From the NCBI GenBank assembly GCA_030141605.1, contig JAQGDQ010000504.1, positions 96,832 to 160,831 on the forward strand: DNA of 64,000 bases, in the 5' to 3' direction. The translations under genes were made by a program, and so were the position numbers. Below, one piece after another: positions 61,901 to 64,000 of the stretch; position 1 is the first letter of the stretch; the number at the start of each line of letters is the position of its first letter. A model generated the notes under the pieces. The model saw nothing but the letters and a program-made list of their open reading frames with translations. It had not been told where the DNA came from and ran no database searches. Origin of the DNA: Tubiluchus corallicola (taxonomy: Eukaryota > Animalia > Priapulida).

Positions 61901-64000
61901 ATAATTTCCATTGGTGAAAGCATTTTAAATTCTTAATAATTTCCATTGGTGAAAGCATTTTAAATTCTTAAGAATTTCCATTGGTGAAAGCATTTTAAAT
62001 TCTTAATAATTTCCATTGGTGAGAGCATTTTAAATTCTTAAGAATTTCCATTTGTGAAAGCATTTTAAATTGTTAAGAATTTCCATTGGTGAAAGCATTT
62101 TAAATTCTTAATAATTTCCATTGGTGAAAGCATTTTAAATTCTTAAGAATTTCCATTGGTGAAAGCATTTTAAATTCTTAATAATTTCCATTGGTGAAAG
62201 CATTTTAAATTCTTAAGAATTTCCATTGGTGAAAGCATTTTAAATTGTTAAGAATTTCCATTGGTGAAAGCATTTTAAATTGTTAAGAATTTCCACTGGT
62301 GAAAGCATTTTAAATTCTTAATAATTTCCATTGGTGAAAGCATTTTAAATTCTTAATAATTTCCATTGGTGAAAGCATTTTAAATTCTTAATAATTTCCA
62401 TTGGTGAAAGCATTTTAAATTCTTAAGAATTTCCATTGGTGAAAGCATTTTAAATTCTTAATAATTTCCATTGGTGAAAGCATTTTAAATTCTTAAGAAT
62501 TTCCATTGGTGAAAGCATTTTAAATTCTTAATAATTTCCATTGGTGAAAGCATTTTAAATTCAGAATTTCCATTGGTGAGCATTTTAAATTCTTAATAAT
62601 TTCCATTGGTGAAAGCATTTTAAATTCTAAGAATTTCCATTGGTGAAAGCATTTTAAATTGTTAGAATTTCCATTGGTGAAAGCATTTTAAATTCTTAAG
62701 AATTTCCATTGGTGAAAGCATTTTTTCTTAATAATTTCCATTGGTGAAAGCATTTTAAATTCTTAATAATTTCCATTGGTGAAAGCATTTTAAATTCTTA
62801 AGAATTTCCATTGGTGAAAGCATTTTAAATTGTTAAGAATTTCCATTGGTGAAAGCATTTTAAATTCTTAATAATTTCCATTGGTGAAAGCATTTTAAAT
62901 TCTTAATAATTTCCATTGGTGAAAGCATTTTAAATTCTTAATAATTTCCATTGGTGAAAGCATTTTAAATTCTTAAGAATTTCCATTGGTGAAAGCATTT
63001 TAAATTGTTAAGAATTTCCATTGGTGAAAGCATTTTAAATTCTTAATAATTTCCATTGGTGAAAGCATTTTAAATTCTTAATAATTTCCATTGGTGAAAG
63101 CATTTTAAATTCTTAATAATTTCCATTGGTGAAAGCATTTTAAATTCTTAATAATTTCCATTGGTGAAAGCATTTTAAATTGTTAAGAATTTCCATTGGT
63201 GAAAGCATTTTAAATTGTTAATAATTTCCATTGGTGAAAGCATTTTAAATTCTTAATAATTTCCATTGGTGAAAGCATTTTAAATTCTTAATAATTTCCA
63301 TTGGTGAAAGCATTTTAAATTCTTAATAATTTCCATTGGTGAAAGCATTTTAAATTCTTAAGAATTTCCATTGGTGAAAGCATTTTAAATTCTTAAGAAT
63401 TTCCATTGGTGAAAGCATTTTAAATTCTTAATAATTTCCATTGGTGAAAGCATTTTAAATTCTTAAGAATTTCCATTGGTGAAAGCATTTTAAATTCTTA
63501 AGAATTTCCATTGGTGAAAGCATTTTAAATTGTTAAGAATTTCCATTGGTGAAAGCATTTTAAATTGTTAAGAATTTCCATTGGTGAAAGCATTTTAAAT
63601 TCTTAATAATTTCCATTGGCGAAAGCATTTTAAATTCTTAAGAATTTCCATTGGTGAAAGCATTTTAAATTGTTAAGAATTTCCACTGGTGAGAGCATTT
63701 TAAATTCTTAAGAATTTCCATTGGTGAAAGCATTTTAAATTCTTAAGAATTTCCACTGGTGAAAGCATTTTAAATTCTTAAGAATTTCCACTGGTGAAAG
63801 CATTTTAAATTCTTAATAATTTCCATTGGTGAAAGCATTTTAAATTCTTAATAATTTCCATTGGTGAAAGCATTTTAAATTCTTAAGAATTTCCATTGGT
63901 GAGAGCATTTTAAATTCTTAAGAATTTCCATTGGTGAAAGCATTTTAAATTGTTAAGAATTTCCACTGGTGAGAGCATTTTAAATTCTTAATAATTTCCA
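58905..64000. repeat. 35-bp satellite array (TTGGTGAAAGCATTTTAAATTCTTAA(G/T)AATTTCCA), ~145 units, running off the window end
   Basis: Head-to-tail units with no spacers and a few recurrent variant positions. Units at the left edge are more diverged. Confidence 0.98.

Noticed and set aside
58905-64000. CRISPR-like array (35-bp partly palindromic repeat)
   Set aside because: Units are head-to-tail with no unique spacers, there are no cas genes, and the context is a eukaryotic intron.

Overview
AT-rich, intron-containing animal (invertebrate-type) genomic DNA; there is no prokaryotic signal and no CRISPR array. Five protein-coding genes can be assembled by hand with consistent GT-AG phases. 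(1) The 3' four exons of an RNF34/RFFL-like RING E3 ligase (+, 1340-8007). (2) A convergent ~2,295-aa coiled-coil protein gene (-, 24004-13172) with one 6.4-kb exon built from ~670-bp internal repeats. (3) A two-exon GT31 (beta-1,3-glycosyltransferase-like) type II membrane protein with atypical C-terminal motifs (-, 35000-30758). (4) A secreted protein with an uninterrupted CDS, made of a somatomedin-B-like and Cys-rich part plus an Asp-rich repeat and poly-Asp tail (+, 39008-40891). (5) A secreted protein with six single-exon EGF modules and the start of an unassigned globular domain (+, 46116 to beyond 58622); its fourth EGF contains a (YD)5 tract and an RKKR furin-type site, and its last visible intron is filled by a >5-kb 35-bp satellite. 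Introns and intergenic DNA are packed with MITEs (pogo/Tigger-, hAT-, Kolobok-, piggyBac-like), solo-LTR-like elements, Helitron-like pieces, a LINE 3' fragment and many minisatellites. Family assignments come from motif recognition only; no database search was run.
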